A DNA stretch of 64,000 bases from contig CAVZKT010000002.1 of assembly GCA_963775955.1 (NCBI GenBank), forward strand, positions 292,944 through 356,943, given 5' to 3'. Shown in pieces: positions 10,925 to 20,858 of the stretch. The notes beneath the pieces are model-generated. The model saw only the letters and a list, made by a program, of their open reading frames with translations, had not been told where the DNA came from and did no database searches. This DNA is from Candidatus Moraniibacteriota bacterium. Its GTDB lineage: Bacteria; Patescibacteriota; Minisyncoccia; Moranbacterales; UBA2206. Each line of letters opens with the position of its first letter. Position 1 is the stretch's first letter. The translations under genes and the position numbers were made by a program.

Positions 10925-12640
10925 ATGCTTTGGAGCATAAAAGAAAAAAGTAAAACAGAAAATATCAGAGAACTGGCCGGGAAAATCCATCCGGTAGTTT
11001 TGCAGCTGCTTTTTAGCCGTGGAATCAATCAAAAAGCGGATATCGAAAAATATTTTAACACTGATTATGCAGCAGATGTTTTTGATCCATTTCTTTTTTC
11101 CGATATGGAAAAGGCGGTAGAAGGAATTGCGCAGGCCAAGGAAAAGAAAGAAAAGATCGCGATTTATGGTGATTATGACGCGGACGGAGTTACGGCAACC
11201 GCCCTGCTTTTTGAAACATTGGAGAAATTGGGCTTTAAAAATGTAATTGTCTACATTCCCGACCGCCAGCTGGAAGGATATGGCATGAATATGGAAGCGG
11301 TTGAATATTTGCACAAGGAAAAAGTTGGTTTGATAATTACGGTTGATTGCGGCATAACCAGCCAGGAAGAAATCGAAAAAGCCAGAGAGCTGAAAATGGA
11401 TGTCATTATTACCGATCATCATCATGTTCCGCAAATGCTTCCTCGGGCGCTCGCGATTATAAATCCAAATATAAAAGGCTGCCAGTATCCGGAAAAAAAT
11501 TTAGCCGGCGTGGGCGTGGCGTTTAAGCTGGCGCAGGCTTTATACAAGAAAATTAAACCTGAAGAGGCCGAACAGCTTAAATGGTCGCTGGATCTGGTGG
11601 CGATTGGAACAATAGCGGATTGCGTACCGCTTTTGGGGGAAAATCGGGTACTGGCGAAATACGGGCTGATTGTGCTTTCTAAAACAAAAAGAAGAGGGCT
11701 TTTAGAGATGTTTAAGGTCGGCCGGATTTTAATTTCAGAAGACGACCTGCCGAACACGCACAAAATTTCTTTTCAAGTCGCGCCCAGGATTAATGCCGCC
11801 GGACGCATGGATCATGCCAGTTTTTCCTTTAAACTGATGATTGAAAAAGATTCGGCGAAAGCGCGCGGTATGGCGCTGGAAGTGGAAAATAAAAACCAGA
11901 ACCGGCAAAAAATTACCAGCGAAATCACGCGGGAAGCGCGCGCGATTGCCGAAAATTTGTTTAAAAACAAAAAATTTATTTTTGCCGAAAATGAGCACTG
12001 GCCAGTGGGGCTCCTGGGACTGGTGGCCGGAAAAATAGCGGACGAATTCAATAAGCCGACGCTGATTTTGCAAAAACAAGAAAAAGAATTTGTCGGATCG
12101 CTCCGCAGCATTCCACAAGTGAATATTATTGAAACACTGGAAAAATGTTCGGAACTCTTGATAAAATTTGGCGGGCACGCGCAGGCAGCCGGCGTGCGGG
12201 TGGCGCACGAAAAAATTGAAAAGTTTTACGCGAAATTCGGGCAACTGATTAAAGATCAGCTCAAGGGAAAAGATATATCGCCGCAGATTGAAATAGATAT
12301 GGAAATAGGCGCTGAAGATATAAGCTGGGAACTGGTAAGCCAAATAAAAAAAATGGAACCATTTGGAGAAGGCAATAAGGAGCCGGTATTTTTGGCAAAA
12401 AATATAATAGTTGAAGATTTAAGAATTGTGGGCAACGGCAGCAAACACTTAAAATTGGCGCTTAGAGCCGGAAACGCGAGCCCGAAAATATTTGACGCTA
12501 TCGGCTTCGGCCTGGGAGAAAAATTTCCCAACCTTAAAAACGGAGATAGCCTGGACATTGTTTTTAATCTGCAGGAAGACGAATGGAATGGAAACAAAAA
12601 AATTCAGTTGAAGCTGATTGATTTGAGAGTAAAAAAGTGA
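10925..12640 (+). CDS. recJ: single-stranded-DNA-specific exonuclease RecJ
   Basis: DHH/DHHA1 motifs DYDADGVTA, ITDHHHVP, GGHAQAAG; 571 aa. Confidence 0.9.
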   Translation: MLWSIKEKSKTENIRELAGKIHPVVLQLLFSRGINQKADIEKYFNTDYAADVFDPFLFSDMEKAVEGIAQAKEKKEKIAIYGDYDADGVTATALLFETLEKLGFKNVIVYIPDRQLEGYGMNMEAVEYLHKEKVGLIITVDCGITSQEEIEKARELKMDVIITDHHHVPQMLPRALAIINPNIKGCQYPEKNLAGVGVAFKLAQALYKKIKPEEAEQLKWSLDLVAIGTIADCVPLLGENRVLAKYGLIVLSKTKRRGLLEMFKVGRILISEDDLPNTHKISFQVAPRINAAGRMDHASFSFKLMIEKDSAKARGMALEVENKNQNRQKITSEITREARAIAENLFKNKKFIFAENEHWPVGLLGLVAGKIADEFNKPTLILQKQEKEFVGSLRSIPQVNIIETLEKCSELLIKFGGHAQAAGVRVAHEKIEKFYAKFGQLIKDQLKGKDISPQIEIDMEIGAEDISWELVSQIKKMEPFGEGNKEPVFLAKNIIVEDLRIVGNGSKHLKLALRAGNASPKIFDAIGFGLGEKFPNLKNGDSLDIVFNLQEDEWNGNKKIQLKLIDLRVKK

Positions 12641-12700
12641 ATTGATAAAGTCCGTGAAATATGGTAATATTTGAACAATAATAAGTAATTTTTAAAATTC

Positions 12701-12835
12701 ACCCTGTTAAATAAATTTTGCTTTGGCAAAATTAAGATTTGAAAAAAATAGGGGAATTAAAAGATGAATTGTAACTATTAATAAAAATAAGTTGTTTCTA
12801 TAAAAAGTATAGACTCAAATCTTATTTAACAGGGT
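12701..12835 (+). repeat. palindromic GTTAAAT-class element (ACCCTGTTAAATAA ... TTATTTAACAGGGT)
   Basis: 14-bp perfect terminal inverted repeat at 12701-12714 / 12822-12835; inner hairpins AATTTTGCtttgGCAAAATT and TCTATAaaaagTATAGA; ends 2 nt before the ATG at 12838. Confidence 0.7.
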
Positions 12836-12837
12836 AA

Positions 12838-13134
12838 ATGGAACAGCAAACACAACCGCAGCCGCCGGCCGGCCAAACTCCGCCAAGCGCTCCGGCTAAA
12901 AAATCCAATGTTTGGGTTTGGATTTTGGGCGGGTGCCTGATAATTATTCTCATAATTGGAATTGTAATGGCAGGACTTGCCTGGTGGGGAGCCAGAAAAG
13001 TCAAAAACGTCATTAAAGAGAACCAGCCGAAACTGGAAGAAATGCAGAAGGGAACTGAAGATATGCAAAAAGCCGCCGAAGAGTGGCAGAAGCAAATGGA
13101 AAAATTGAAGGACCAGGTGCCGGCAGCCGAGTAG
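12838..13134 (+). CDS. small single-pass membrane protein (hypothetical)
   Basis: 98-aa ORF; Pro/Gln-rich N-terminus, one hydrophobic helix, charged coiled C-terminus. Confidence 0.6.
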   Translation: MEQQTQPQPPAGQTPPSAPAKKSNVWVWILGGCLIIILIIGIVMAGLAWWGARKVKNVIKENQPKLEEMQKGTEDMQKAAEEWQKQMEKLKDQVPAAE

Positions 13135-13195
13135 TAAAAAATAGCGCAAATTTGTTGGAATTGCCTGGAGTTTTTATCCGTGTTACTATGTGTCT

Positions 13196-13624
13196 ATGGA
13201 GAAAATCGTGATGTATACGGACGGCGGATCAAGGAATAACCCCGGGCCGGCGGCGGTCGGTGTTTTTATCGAGACGCTTCATAAGCAATATGGGCATTAT
13301 ATCGGTGAAAAGACCAACAACGAAGCCGAATATGAGGCGGTAATCCTGGGACTTAAAAAAATCAAACAGATAATTGGGAAAGATAAGGCGAAAAACGCCG
13401 AAATCGAAATATTTCTTGACAGTGAGTTTGTGGAAAGGCAGATGAACCACCAATATAAAGTCAAGGAGCCGGAACTGCAGAAATTGTTTTTGGAAGTCTG
13501 GAACAGAACGCTGGATTTTGGAAGAGTGACTTTTAACCATATCCCCCGCGAAAAAAATAAAATAGCGGACAAAATGGTCAATGAAGCGCTGGACGAAAAA
13601 GAAAGACAAGGAAGCTTGCTATAA
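13196..13624 (+). CDS. rnhA: ribonuclease HI
   Basis: YTDGGSRNNPGPAAVG, NNEAEYEAVILGL, LDSEFV; ATG at 13196 preferred over GTG at 13190. Confidence 0.85.
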   Translation: MEKIVMYTDGGSRNNPGPAAVGVFIETLHKQYGHYIGEKTNNEAEYEAVILGLKKIKQIIGKDKAKNAEIEIFLDSEFVERQMNHQYKVKEPELQKLFLEVWNRTLDFGRVTFNHIPREKNKIADKMVNEALDEKERQGSLL

Positions 13625-13650
13625 TAAATACCGAATTAATAATATTTTTT

Positions 13651-14655
13651 ATGTCTCGGCGCAAAAAATATACAATCTGGATAATAATCTTGCTTGTCGT
13701 TGGCGCGGGTGTTTATTATTTCATCCAATCCCGAAAACCGGTGACGACTTACACTACGGAAAATGCGGTGCGCGGTGATTTGGCGCAGACAGTTTCGGAA
13801 ACGGGCAATATCAGCCCGGATTTAAGCGTGGATTTGTCTTTCAAAACTTCCGGCCGTCTGCTTTATGTAAATTTTGATGTTGGGGACTATGTAAAAAAAG
13901 GCGATCGTGTTGCCGCCGTTGATTCAGGCTTGCTTTCAGCGCAGCTTCGGGAGGCGGAGCAAAATGTAAAAGTCCAAAAAGAACTGCTGAATAACATGAA
14001 AGAAAGAGACGATACTTATAACAGCGAACAGCGGGATTCCCAGCGGGCGACAATTAAATCGGCTGAAGCGGCAGTGGACGCGGTGCGTGCCCAGATTTAC
14101 GACACGGTAATGTATGCGCCCATAGACGGGATCGTTACCAAAAGATATGCTGACACCGGAGAAACAACGGCTTTAAATTCCACCGTTTTGACTATTGTTA
14201 AGGAAGGTGATCTGGAACTGGATGTTGATGTGGCTGAGTCGGACATAACTAAAGTAAAAATCGGCCAAAACGCAACCTTTACGTTGGACGCCTATTCTTC
14301 GGATGCTGTTTTTCACGCTCAAGTGACAGAAGTTGAGCCGGCCTCCACTGTTATTCAGGATGTAGTTTATTATAAAATTAAACTCAAAATGGCTGACCCG
14401 GATTCTGGTTTCAAGCCCGGGATGAGCGCGGACGTGGACATACGAACCGCGGAAAAAAATAATGTGATTATGATACCTCTGCGCGCTATCCAGGAAGAAA
14501 ACGGCGGAAAGTTTGTTGAAATTCTCAACCCGGACGGCCTGTCAACTTCCAAAGTAACGGTCCAAACCGGTCTCCAGGGCGATGAAGGCATGGTGGAAAT
14601 TACCTCCGGATTATCTGAAGGGCAGAAAGTGGTGACGCTGACGAAGACGCAGTAG
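13651..14655 (+). CDS. efflux transporter periplasmic adaptor (HlyD/MacA-like)
   Basis: N-terminal TM anchor, coiled-coil hairpin, beta-barrel regions; upstream of the ABC ATPase and permeases. Confidence 0.8.
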   Translation: MSRRKKYTIWIIILLVVGAGVYYFIQSRKPVTTYTTENAVRGDLAQTVSETGNISPDLSVDLSFKTSGRLLYVNFDVGDYVKKGDRVAAVDSGLLSAQLREAEQNVKVQKELLNNMKERDDTYNSEQRDSQRATIKSAEAAVDAVRAQIYDTVMYAPIDGIVTKRYADTGETTALNSTVLTIVKEGDLELDVDVAESDITKVKIGQNATFTLDAYSSDAVFHAQVTEVEPASTVIQDVVYYKIKLKMADPDSGFKPGMSADVDIRTAEKNNVIMIPLRAIQEENGGKFVEILNPDGLSTSKVTVQTGLQGDEGMVEITSGLSEGQKVVTLTKTQ

Positions 14656-14702
14656 TTGCTTGTACTTTTTTGTAGGACAAAAAAAGTAAGAATAAGAAAA
14701 AT

Positions 14703-15434
14703 ATGTCAAGTGCGTTAATTTCTGTCCAAAATCTTTGCAAGACTTATGAAAACGAGGGCGTGGCGACCAAGGCGGTCTGCGGGGTGTCTTTTGAAATTGA
14801 AAAAGGAGAATTCGTTTCTATTATGGGTCCGTCGGGTTCCGGCAAATCCACGCTGATGCAGCTTCTGGGATTTTTAGATCGGCCTACGGAGGGAAAATAT
14901 TTCTTAGAAGGCAAAGACACTATTGATTTTTCCGATGATAAGCTGGCCGACATTCGCAATCGCAAGATTGGGTTTGTTTTTCAAACCTTCAATTTGCTTC
15001 CGCGAACCTCCGTTTTTGAAAACGTGGAATTGCCGCTTCTTTATGACCACGCGCTATTATCGCGAAAAGACAATTCGGAAAAAATTATGCGGGCGCTTAG
15101 GGCGGTGGGCATGGAGCACCGGGCTAATTATTTATCCAACCAATTGTCCGGCGGGGAAAAACAAAGAGTGGCGATCGCGCGAGCGCTGGTTTTGGATCCG
15201 GAAATTATTTTTGCCGACGAGCCGACGGGAAACCTCGATTCCAAAAACGGCATCGCGATTATGGAAATTTTCCAGGAACTCAACAATCACGGCCACACCA
15301 TAATTTTAGTTACCCATGAAATGATTACAGCCGAACACGCCAAGAGAATATTACAGATGAAAGACGGAAATGTTATCGCGGATGAAAAAGTAAAAGACAG
15401 AAGAATCGCGCAGGATGGCGAGATGTTGAAATAA
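14703..15434 (+). CDS. ABC transporter ATP-binding protein (MacB/LolD-type)
   Basis: Walker [10 protein letters not shown], signature [15 protein letters not shown], Walker B IIFADEPT. Confidence 0.9.
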   Translation: MSSALISVQNLCKTYENEGVATKAVCGVSFEIEKGEFVSIMGPSGSGKSTLMQLLGFLDRPTEGKYFLEGKDTIDFSDDKLADIRNRKIGFVFQTFNLLPRTSVFENVELPLLYDHALLSRKDNSEKIMRALRAVGMEHRANYLSNQLSGGEKQRVAIARALVLDPEIIFADEPTGNLDSKNGIAIMEIFQELNNHGHTIILVTHEMITAEHAKRILQMKDGNVIADEKVKDRRIAQDGEMLK

Positions 15435-15466
15435 AAAGGCCACCCGATAAACTCAGTGGGGCGACC

Positions 15467-15739
15467 TCATGGAAAAAGAGATTTTTTTGGTGGTGGAGGA
15501 AATATTTCTACAATAGGTTCATTGTCTTTAAAAAATACTAAATTGCCATTTCCGTTAAATTTAGCATTTTTGATAATTAGAGCGCCATTCACGTTTTCTG
15601 TCACATTTTTTATTTTCGTGAAGCAATGCGTAATATTTTTGCAGGCGTTAATTATGTCTTGAGGACTATTTATAGCACCAGCGGGAAGAAAGTCTTTATC
15701 ATGATGCAACTCTTCAAAGAACAAATTATTATTTTTCAT
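15467..15739 (-). CDS. hypothetical 90-aa protein, antisense to the ABC operon
   Basis: ATG at 15739 preceded by AGGAGG (15750-15745) with 5-nt spacing; fills the gap between the ATPase and permease genes. Confidence 0.55.
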   Translation of the reverse strand: MKNNNLFFEELHHDKDFLPAGAINSPQDIINACKNITHCFTKIKNVTENVNGALIIKNAKFNGNGNLVFFKDNEPIVEIFPPPPKKSLFP

Positions 15740-15786
15740 TTTTACCTCCTGTTTCTGGATAATAACACTAGACTGAAAAAAAATCA

Positions 15787-17034
15787 ATGCTCCTCATAAA
15801 TCCTATAAAAATATCATACAAAAATCTCATTTCCGCCAAGTGGCGGTCGTTTTTAACGATGCTGGGGATTATCATCGGCGTGGCGTCGGTAATTCTTATT
15901 ATGGACATCGGAAAGTCGGCGCAAGTGTTGATTTTAGACCAAATCAGCGGAGTGGGATCGAATCTCATCGGTATTCTCCCGGGGGCTTCAGACGAAAACG
16001 GCCCGCCAGCGGCAGTATTGGGAATTTCAGTAGCAACTCTTACTTATGACGATCTGCAATCTTTGAGAAAAACTTCTAACGTCCCGGAAATCGAAGCGGC
16101 AGCCGGCTATGTCATGGGAACGGCCACAGCTGAACACGAAGGAGAAAACGTCAACGCGTCATTTACTGGAACAACGGCAAGTTATATCAATGTGGAAAAC
16201 GCGAAACTTACCGAAGGACGTTTTTTCAATTCAGATGAAGAAGTAAATCTTTCCCGGGTGGCGGTTCTTGGGAGCATGATTGCCAAAGATTTATTTCCCA
16301 ATGCTGATCCGCTTAATAAAAATTTCAAGCTCAAGGATCAAAACTTCACTATTATTGGAATTTTTGAAGAGAGGGGAGCTACCGGTTTTGGCGTGGGCAG
16401 CCAGGATGATACGGTTTTCGTTCCGCTTAAGACCGCGCAAAAACTCCTTCTGGGTATCAATCATTTAGGCTACATCCGAGCCAAAGCCAAAAGCCAGGAT
16501 GCCATACCTTACGCCATCGCGGAAATAAAATCTTCTTTGCGCGAGCAGCACAAAATCGCTAATCCAGCCGACGACGATTTTTCGGTGCGCGATCAGGCTT
16601 CGGCGCTTAGCATTATAACCAGCGTCACTAATGTCTTGCGTTATTTTCTTCTGGCTATCGGGTCTATTTCACTTATTGTCGGAGGCGTGGGAATAATGAA
16701 TATAATGCTTATTGCGGTTTCACAAAGAATCCGCGAGGTGGGGCTGCGAAAAGCAGTCGGAGCAAAAACCTCTGACGTAATGGCGCAATTTCTGGTAGAA
16801 TCGGCGTCTGTTTCGCTTTTGGGCGGAATTATCGGAATTTTTATTGGATTAACGCTGTCTTTTATTATTTCCATCATTATCCGGCAGTTGGGATATAATT
16901 GGCCTTTTCTGGTTTCCGGCCAGTCTATAATCATTGCGGCCGGAGTTTCAATTTTAATAGGAATAGTTTTTGGGATTTATCCTGCCCGCAAGGCTTCGCG
17001 AATTTCGCCCATGGAGGCGTTGAGATACGAATAA
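15787..17034 (+). CDS. ABC transporter permease (MacB/FtsX-like)
   Basis: N-terminal TM, large periplasmic domain, C-terminal FtsX 3-TM bundle; ...GIYPARKASRISPMEALRYE. Confidence 0.85.
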   Translation: MLLINPIKISYKNLISAKWRSFLTMLGIIIGVASVILIMDIGKSAQVLILDQISGVGSNLIGILPGASDENGPPAAVLGISVATLTYDDLQSLRKTSNVPEIEAAAGYVMGTATAEHEGENVNASFTGTTASYINVENAKLTEGRFFNSDEEVNLSRVAVLGSMIAKDLFPNADPLNKNFKLKDQNFTIIGIFEERGATGFGVGSQDDTVFVPLKTAQKLLLGINHLGYIRAKAKSQDAIPYAIAEIKSSLREQHKIANPADDDFSVRDQASALSIITSVTNVLRYFLLAIGSISLIVGGVGIMNIMLIAVSQRIREVGLRKAVGAKTSDVMAQFLVESASVSLLGGIIGIFIGLTLSFIISIIIRQLGYNWPFLVSGQSIIIAAGVSILIGIVFGIYPARKASRISPMEALRYE

Positions 17035-17035
17035 T

Positions 17036-18289
17036 ATGCACGAAATTTTTTTATCAATCAAGCTGGCTTTTAAAAATCTCCGCCAAAATGCCGGGCGGAC
17101 AACTTTTTCGCTTTTAGGAATCGTAATTGGGGTAACCTCCGTTATTTTGGTTCTGTCGTTCGGATCGGGGCTTAAAAATTTCGTGCTGGATCAGCTTTCA
17201 TCTTTCGGAACCGACATATTTGAGGTGGAAATAAAGGTTCCAAAAACAAAACAAACCTCCTCACAAAATATCGGCGGCCTGGTGGGAGGGACGCAAGTCA
17301 CGACACTCAAGCTTCAGGATGCTGAAGAGGTAGCCAAACTTTCCAATGTCAAAGCCTGGTATGCGGGCGTAATGAGCCAGCAGATAACAGCCTATGAAGA
17401 TAAGAAAAAGCAAGCCTTTCTGATGGGAGTTACTGCGGGCGTGTCCCAAGCTGACGAGCAGACAAAAATTGCCGAGGGCGCCATGTTTACGGAAGAGGAC
17501 GACAAAGCGCTGCGCCAGGTGGCTGTGCTGGGATCTAATATTAAAGATTATTATTTCGGTGAACAGGAGGCTATTGGCAAACCCATAAAAATTAAAGGTA
17601 AAACTTATCAGGTGGCCGGTGTTCTGGCCAAACGCGGCCTCACCGGGTTTTTTAATTTTGATGATGTGATTTATGTGCCGTTGGAAACTTTGCAGAAAAA
17701 AATTATGGGCATTGATTATGTAAGCTTTGCCATTTTCAAAGTGAAAAACCTTGCTCAAATTGATTATACCGTTCTGCAGGCCACTGATATTATGCGCGAA
17801 AGGCATGATATTAAAAAAGCCGAAGACGAAGATTTCGCGGTACTGGCCATATCTGAAGCGCTGTCAATCCTGGAACAGGTTTTTTTCGTGATCAACGCCT
17901 TGCTTTTGGCGCTCACTTCCATTTCGCTGGTCGTCGGAGGCGTGGGAATAATGAATGTGATGTATGTGGCGGTTATAGAGCGGACTTATGAAATAGGGCT
18001 GCGAAAATCGGTAGGAGCCAGAAATTCGGCAATTCTTCTGCAGTTTCTTTTTGAAGCCGTTTTTCTCACGCTACTCGGCGGAATTGCCGGAATTCTGATT
18101 GGTTTTGGAATTTCTAAAATCGCTGAATTTGTGGCAGCCAGCCAGGGCTACTTTATTTCTCTCAGCACAACTTGGTGGGCTATTCTCATTGGCTTTGGCT
18201 TTTCGGCCGCCACTGGAATAATTTTTGGATATTATCCGGCCCGCAAGGCTTCGCATCTTTCGCCTATGGAAGCGTTGAGAAAAGAATGA
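17036..18289 (+). CDS. ABC transporter permease (MacB/FtsX-like), paralog
   Basis: Same architecture; ...GYYPARKASHLSPMEALRKE. Confidence 0.85.
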   Translation: MHEIFLSIKLAFKNLRQNAGRTTFSLLGIVIGVTSVILVLSFGSGLKNFVLDQLSSFGTDIFEVEIKVPKTKQTSSQNIGGLVGGTQVTTLKLQDAEEVAKLSNVKAWYAGVMSQQITAYEDKKKQAFLMGVTAGVSQADEQTKIAEGAMFTEEDDKALRQVAVLGSNIKDYYFGEQEAIGKPIKIKGKTYQVAGVLAKRGLTGFFNFDDVIYVPLETLQKKIMGIDYVSFAIFKVKNLAQIDYTVLQATDIMRERHDIKKAEDEDFAVLAISEALSILEQVFFVINALLLALTSISLVVGGVGIMNVMYVAVIERTYEIGLRKSVGARNSAILLQFLFEAVFLTLLGGIAGILIGFGISKIAEFVAASQGYFISLSTTWWAILIGFGFSAATGIIFGYYPARKASHLSPMEALRKE

Positions 18290-18353
18290 TAACAACACAA
18301 ATTTAGTGCTGGGTCAAGTTGATAACGAAAGCGGAAAGTGCTAAAATTTGGCT

Positions 18354-18674
18354 ATGAGTGAGCCAGTAAAAGATAATCAATTAAAATTACTTGCGCCGCC
18401 GGCAGAGAATGATGGCGAAAATGAAAAAGGTAGAGCGGATTTTTATATTGAAATCGCGTTGATTTTTGTTTTGGGAATTCTTATCGGCATTGCGGTAAAA
18501 ACCGAAGCGGTGAAAAGAATTACCATGGGATATAATGATTATCAAATTAAAATTGAAGACGATCGTTACAGCATCAGCCAGCTGGAAAAAGATTTGATTA
18601 GCAAGCAAAGCAAGGAAACGGAAAGCCAGCCGGTAATTCCGGAAAGTTCAAGCAACAACGATAATAATCAGTAA
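18354..18674 (+). CDS. small membrane protein (hypothetical)
   Basis: ORF 18348..18674; one TM helix; ATG at 18354. Confidence 0.5.
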   Translation: MSEPVKDNQLKLLAPPAENDGENEKGRADFYIEIALIFVLGILIGIAVKTEAVKRITMGYNDYQIKIEDDRYSISQLEKDLISKQSKETESQPVIPESSSNNDNNQ

Positions 18675-18724
18675 AGATATTTTTTCTGACAATTTAGTAA
18701 TTTAACCATTTAACAATAAAGCAT

Positions 18725-19774
18725 ATGGCGGAAGATAAAAAAGTCGAAAAAGCGGAAGGAAAAGATGAAAATAGCAGAAAAATAAAAAATTTGGTTTCTA
18801 CTGTGATAATTTTATCCGGGCTTTTTGTCGGCAGTCTTTTTGTGGATGTGGTGCAATTGGTAAAAGGCAACGGTTTTTCCGAGAAAAATTTGCAGAAGGG
18901 CGAAATTTTTGAAGCGGGAGGAAAAACCTGGGTGGCTTTTGATGAGCCGATTGTCAATGTGAAAGTTATCTCGGATGAAACCTGCGAAAAATGCGATCCG
19001 TCAGAAGCACTGGTATGGCTCCGCCGGATGGTTCCAACTATCAGCGCGCAAAAAGTTGATTATGCGTCCGCGGAGGGCGAGGCTCTCAAAGATCAATTTG
19101 CGTTTAAAACTCTGCCGGCCTTCGTTTTTTCCGATTCGATTTCCCGAACGAACTTTTACGGCCAGGCGCAGATTTTGTTTGATAAAAAGGGAAATTTATT
19201 TTCTCTAAAAACACAGGAATTAGGATTGGTTCCCGGAAAGTATCTTGATTTGCCGGAGCTTAAGGAAGGCGACGCAGTTTTGGGCAAGAGCGATGCCAAG
19301 GCAAAAGTTTATGTTTTTTCCGATTTTCAATGTCCGTATTGCAAACTGTTTTGGAAGACGCTTCGCGATACAATGAATCAGTATTCCGAACAGGCGCTGC
19401 TTGTTTATAAGCATCTGCCCCTTTCTTTTCACGCTCAGGCTGAAAATGCGGCACTAGCTTCCGCATGCGCGCTGAAGCAGGACAAGTTTTGGGAATACGC
19501 CGACAAGCTTTACGCCAGCCAAGCAGATTGGAGCAATTCTACGGGGACGCAGAAATTCAAGGATTATGCCAGGGATTTAAAGGTGAATACAGTGCAATTT
19601 AATAAGTGTCTGGATGACAAAAAGTATCAAGATAAAATTGAAGCTGATAAAAATGAGGCCAACAACTTTGGTATTTCCGGAACACCGGCTATCTTTATAA
19701 ACAGCCAATTCAAAAACGGCGTCATTAGCGCGGAAGATTTAAAAGCGGCGATAGAGGAGGAAATTAAGAAATAG
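18725..19774 (+). CDS. DsbA-family thiol:disulfide oxidoreductase, membrane anchored
   Basis: Thioredoxin-fold active site FSDFQCPYCKLF; N-terminal TM helix. Confidence 0.8.
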   Translation: MAEDKKVEKAEGKDENSRKIKNLVSTVIILSGLFVGSLFVDVVQLVKGNGFSEKNLQKGEIFEAGGKTWVAFDEPIVNVKVISDETCEKCDPSEALVWLRRMVPTISAQKVDYASAEGEALKDQFAFKTLPAFVFSDSISRTNFYGQAQILFDKKGNLFSLKTQELGLVPGKYLDLPELKEGDAVLGKSDAKAKVYVFSDFQCPYCKLFWKTLRDTMNQYSEQALLVYKHLPLSFHAQAENAALASACALKQDKFWEYADKLYASQADWSNSTGTQKFKDYARDLKVNTVQFNKCLDDKKYQDKIEADKNEANNFGISGTPAIFINSQFKNGVISAEDLKAAIEEEIKK

Positions 19775-19817
19775 TTCTTACTTTTTCTTTCCGCAAGAAA
19801 AAGTAACAAAAAGAACT

Positions 19818-19961
19818 CTCAGCCGGACAAAATTTCCAAACAAATTCTGCGTTCGCGAGCTAAAAGTTCACGGCTGCTTCCGCCAGGGGCGGAATCAAGG
19901 AACTTTTTTAACGCTCGCTCGCTTGAATTTTGGGGAAATTTTGTAGGCTGAAGGTTTTTTT
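19818..19961 (+). other. long imperfect hairpin (about 55-nt arms) ending in a T7 run
   Basis: Left arm CTCAGCCGGACAAAATTTCC...GCGAGCTAAAAGTTC pairs with GAACTTTTTTAACGCTCGC...GGAAATTTTGTAGGCTGAAG; apex TTCCGCCaggGGCGGAA; TTTTTTT at 19955-19961. Confidence 0.6.
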
Positions 19962-19992
19962 ATTTTCTTGTTTTTTGTGCTATAATACTTAA

Positions 19993-20565
19993 ATGAAATT
20001 CAATAAAGAAACTTTTGAAATGATATTTTTTGCCCGGGCTGGCCAGGGAGCGAAGACTGCGGCGGAAATTATCGCCCAGGCGGCCATGAGTGAAGGTAAA
20101 TATATCCAGGCTTTTCCCTATTACGGGCCGGAACGAAGCGGGGCGCCGACAAAAGCCTATGTTAGGATTTCAGACAAACCTATCCGGATCCATGAACCGA
20201 TAACCGATCCGGATCTTGTTGTCGTGCTGGATGAAACGTTGCTAGCCAGCCAAAATGTGGGTAATAATTTAGATAAAAATGAATCACTCATAATCGCTAC
20301 CAATAAAGGGCCTGAAGAAATCAGAAATTTAATTAAGAATTTCGAGGGAAAAATTAATCCTGTTGACGCGCTGGGCATAGCTCTGAAAACAACCGGCCAG
20401 CCCAGCATAAATTCCGTGATTATGGGGAAAATTATTAAAGTCTCGGAGGTAACCCGGCTGGAAAGCGTAATTGGAGAATTTCGAAAAATATTTGAGCGAA
20501 AAATCGGTAAAGAATTGACGGAAAAAAATATCCAAGCTATTCAGGCTGGCTATGACTCATTGTAA
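19993..20565 (+). CDS. porG: pyruvate/2-oxoacid:ferredoxin oxidoreductase gamma subunit
   Basis: ARAGQGAKTAAEIIAQAA, FPYYGPERSGAP; first gene of porGDAB. Confidence 0.85.
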   Translation: MKFNKETFEMIFFARAGQGAKTAAEIIAQAAMSEGKYIQAFPYYGPERSGAPTKAYVRISDKPIRIHEPITDPDLVVVLDETLLASQNVGNNLDKNESLIIATNKGPEEIRNLIKNFEGKINPVDALGIALKTTGQPSINSVIMGKIIKVSEVTRLESVIGEFRKIFERKIGKELTEKNIQAIQAGYDSL

Positions 20566-20576
20566 ATAATAAATTT

Positions 20577-20855
20577 ATGGCAGAGGAAGGCGCGGTTATC
20601 AAACATAATTTAAAAAAAGCTCCCATCACCGGTTACTGGCGCTATGCGCGGCCGGCGGTGGATAAAAAAAAGTGCATCGGCTGCGGCACTTGTGTTAAAT
20701 ATTGTCCGGAAGCTGTCATTGAGCTGGATAAAAACAAAAAAGCGGATGTTGATTATTGCTTCTGCAAAGGTTGTGGCGTCTGCGCGGCAGTCTGCCCCCA
20801 AAAGGCGATTGTAATGGAAAAAGAATCAAGCAGTATTAAGTATCAAGTTGAATAA
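20577..20855 (+). CDS. porD: pyruvate:ferredoxin oxidoreductase delta subunit (2x[4Fe-4S])
   Basis: CIGCGTCVKYCP and CKGCGVCAAVCP clusters. Confidence 0.85.
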   Translation: MAEEGAVIKHNLKKAPITGYWRYARPAVDKKKCIGCGTCVKYCPEAVIELDKNKKADVDYCFCKGCGVCAAVCPQKAIVMEKESSSIKYQVE

Positions 20856-20858
20856 TTT

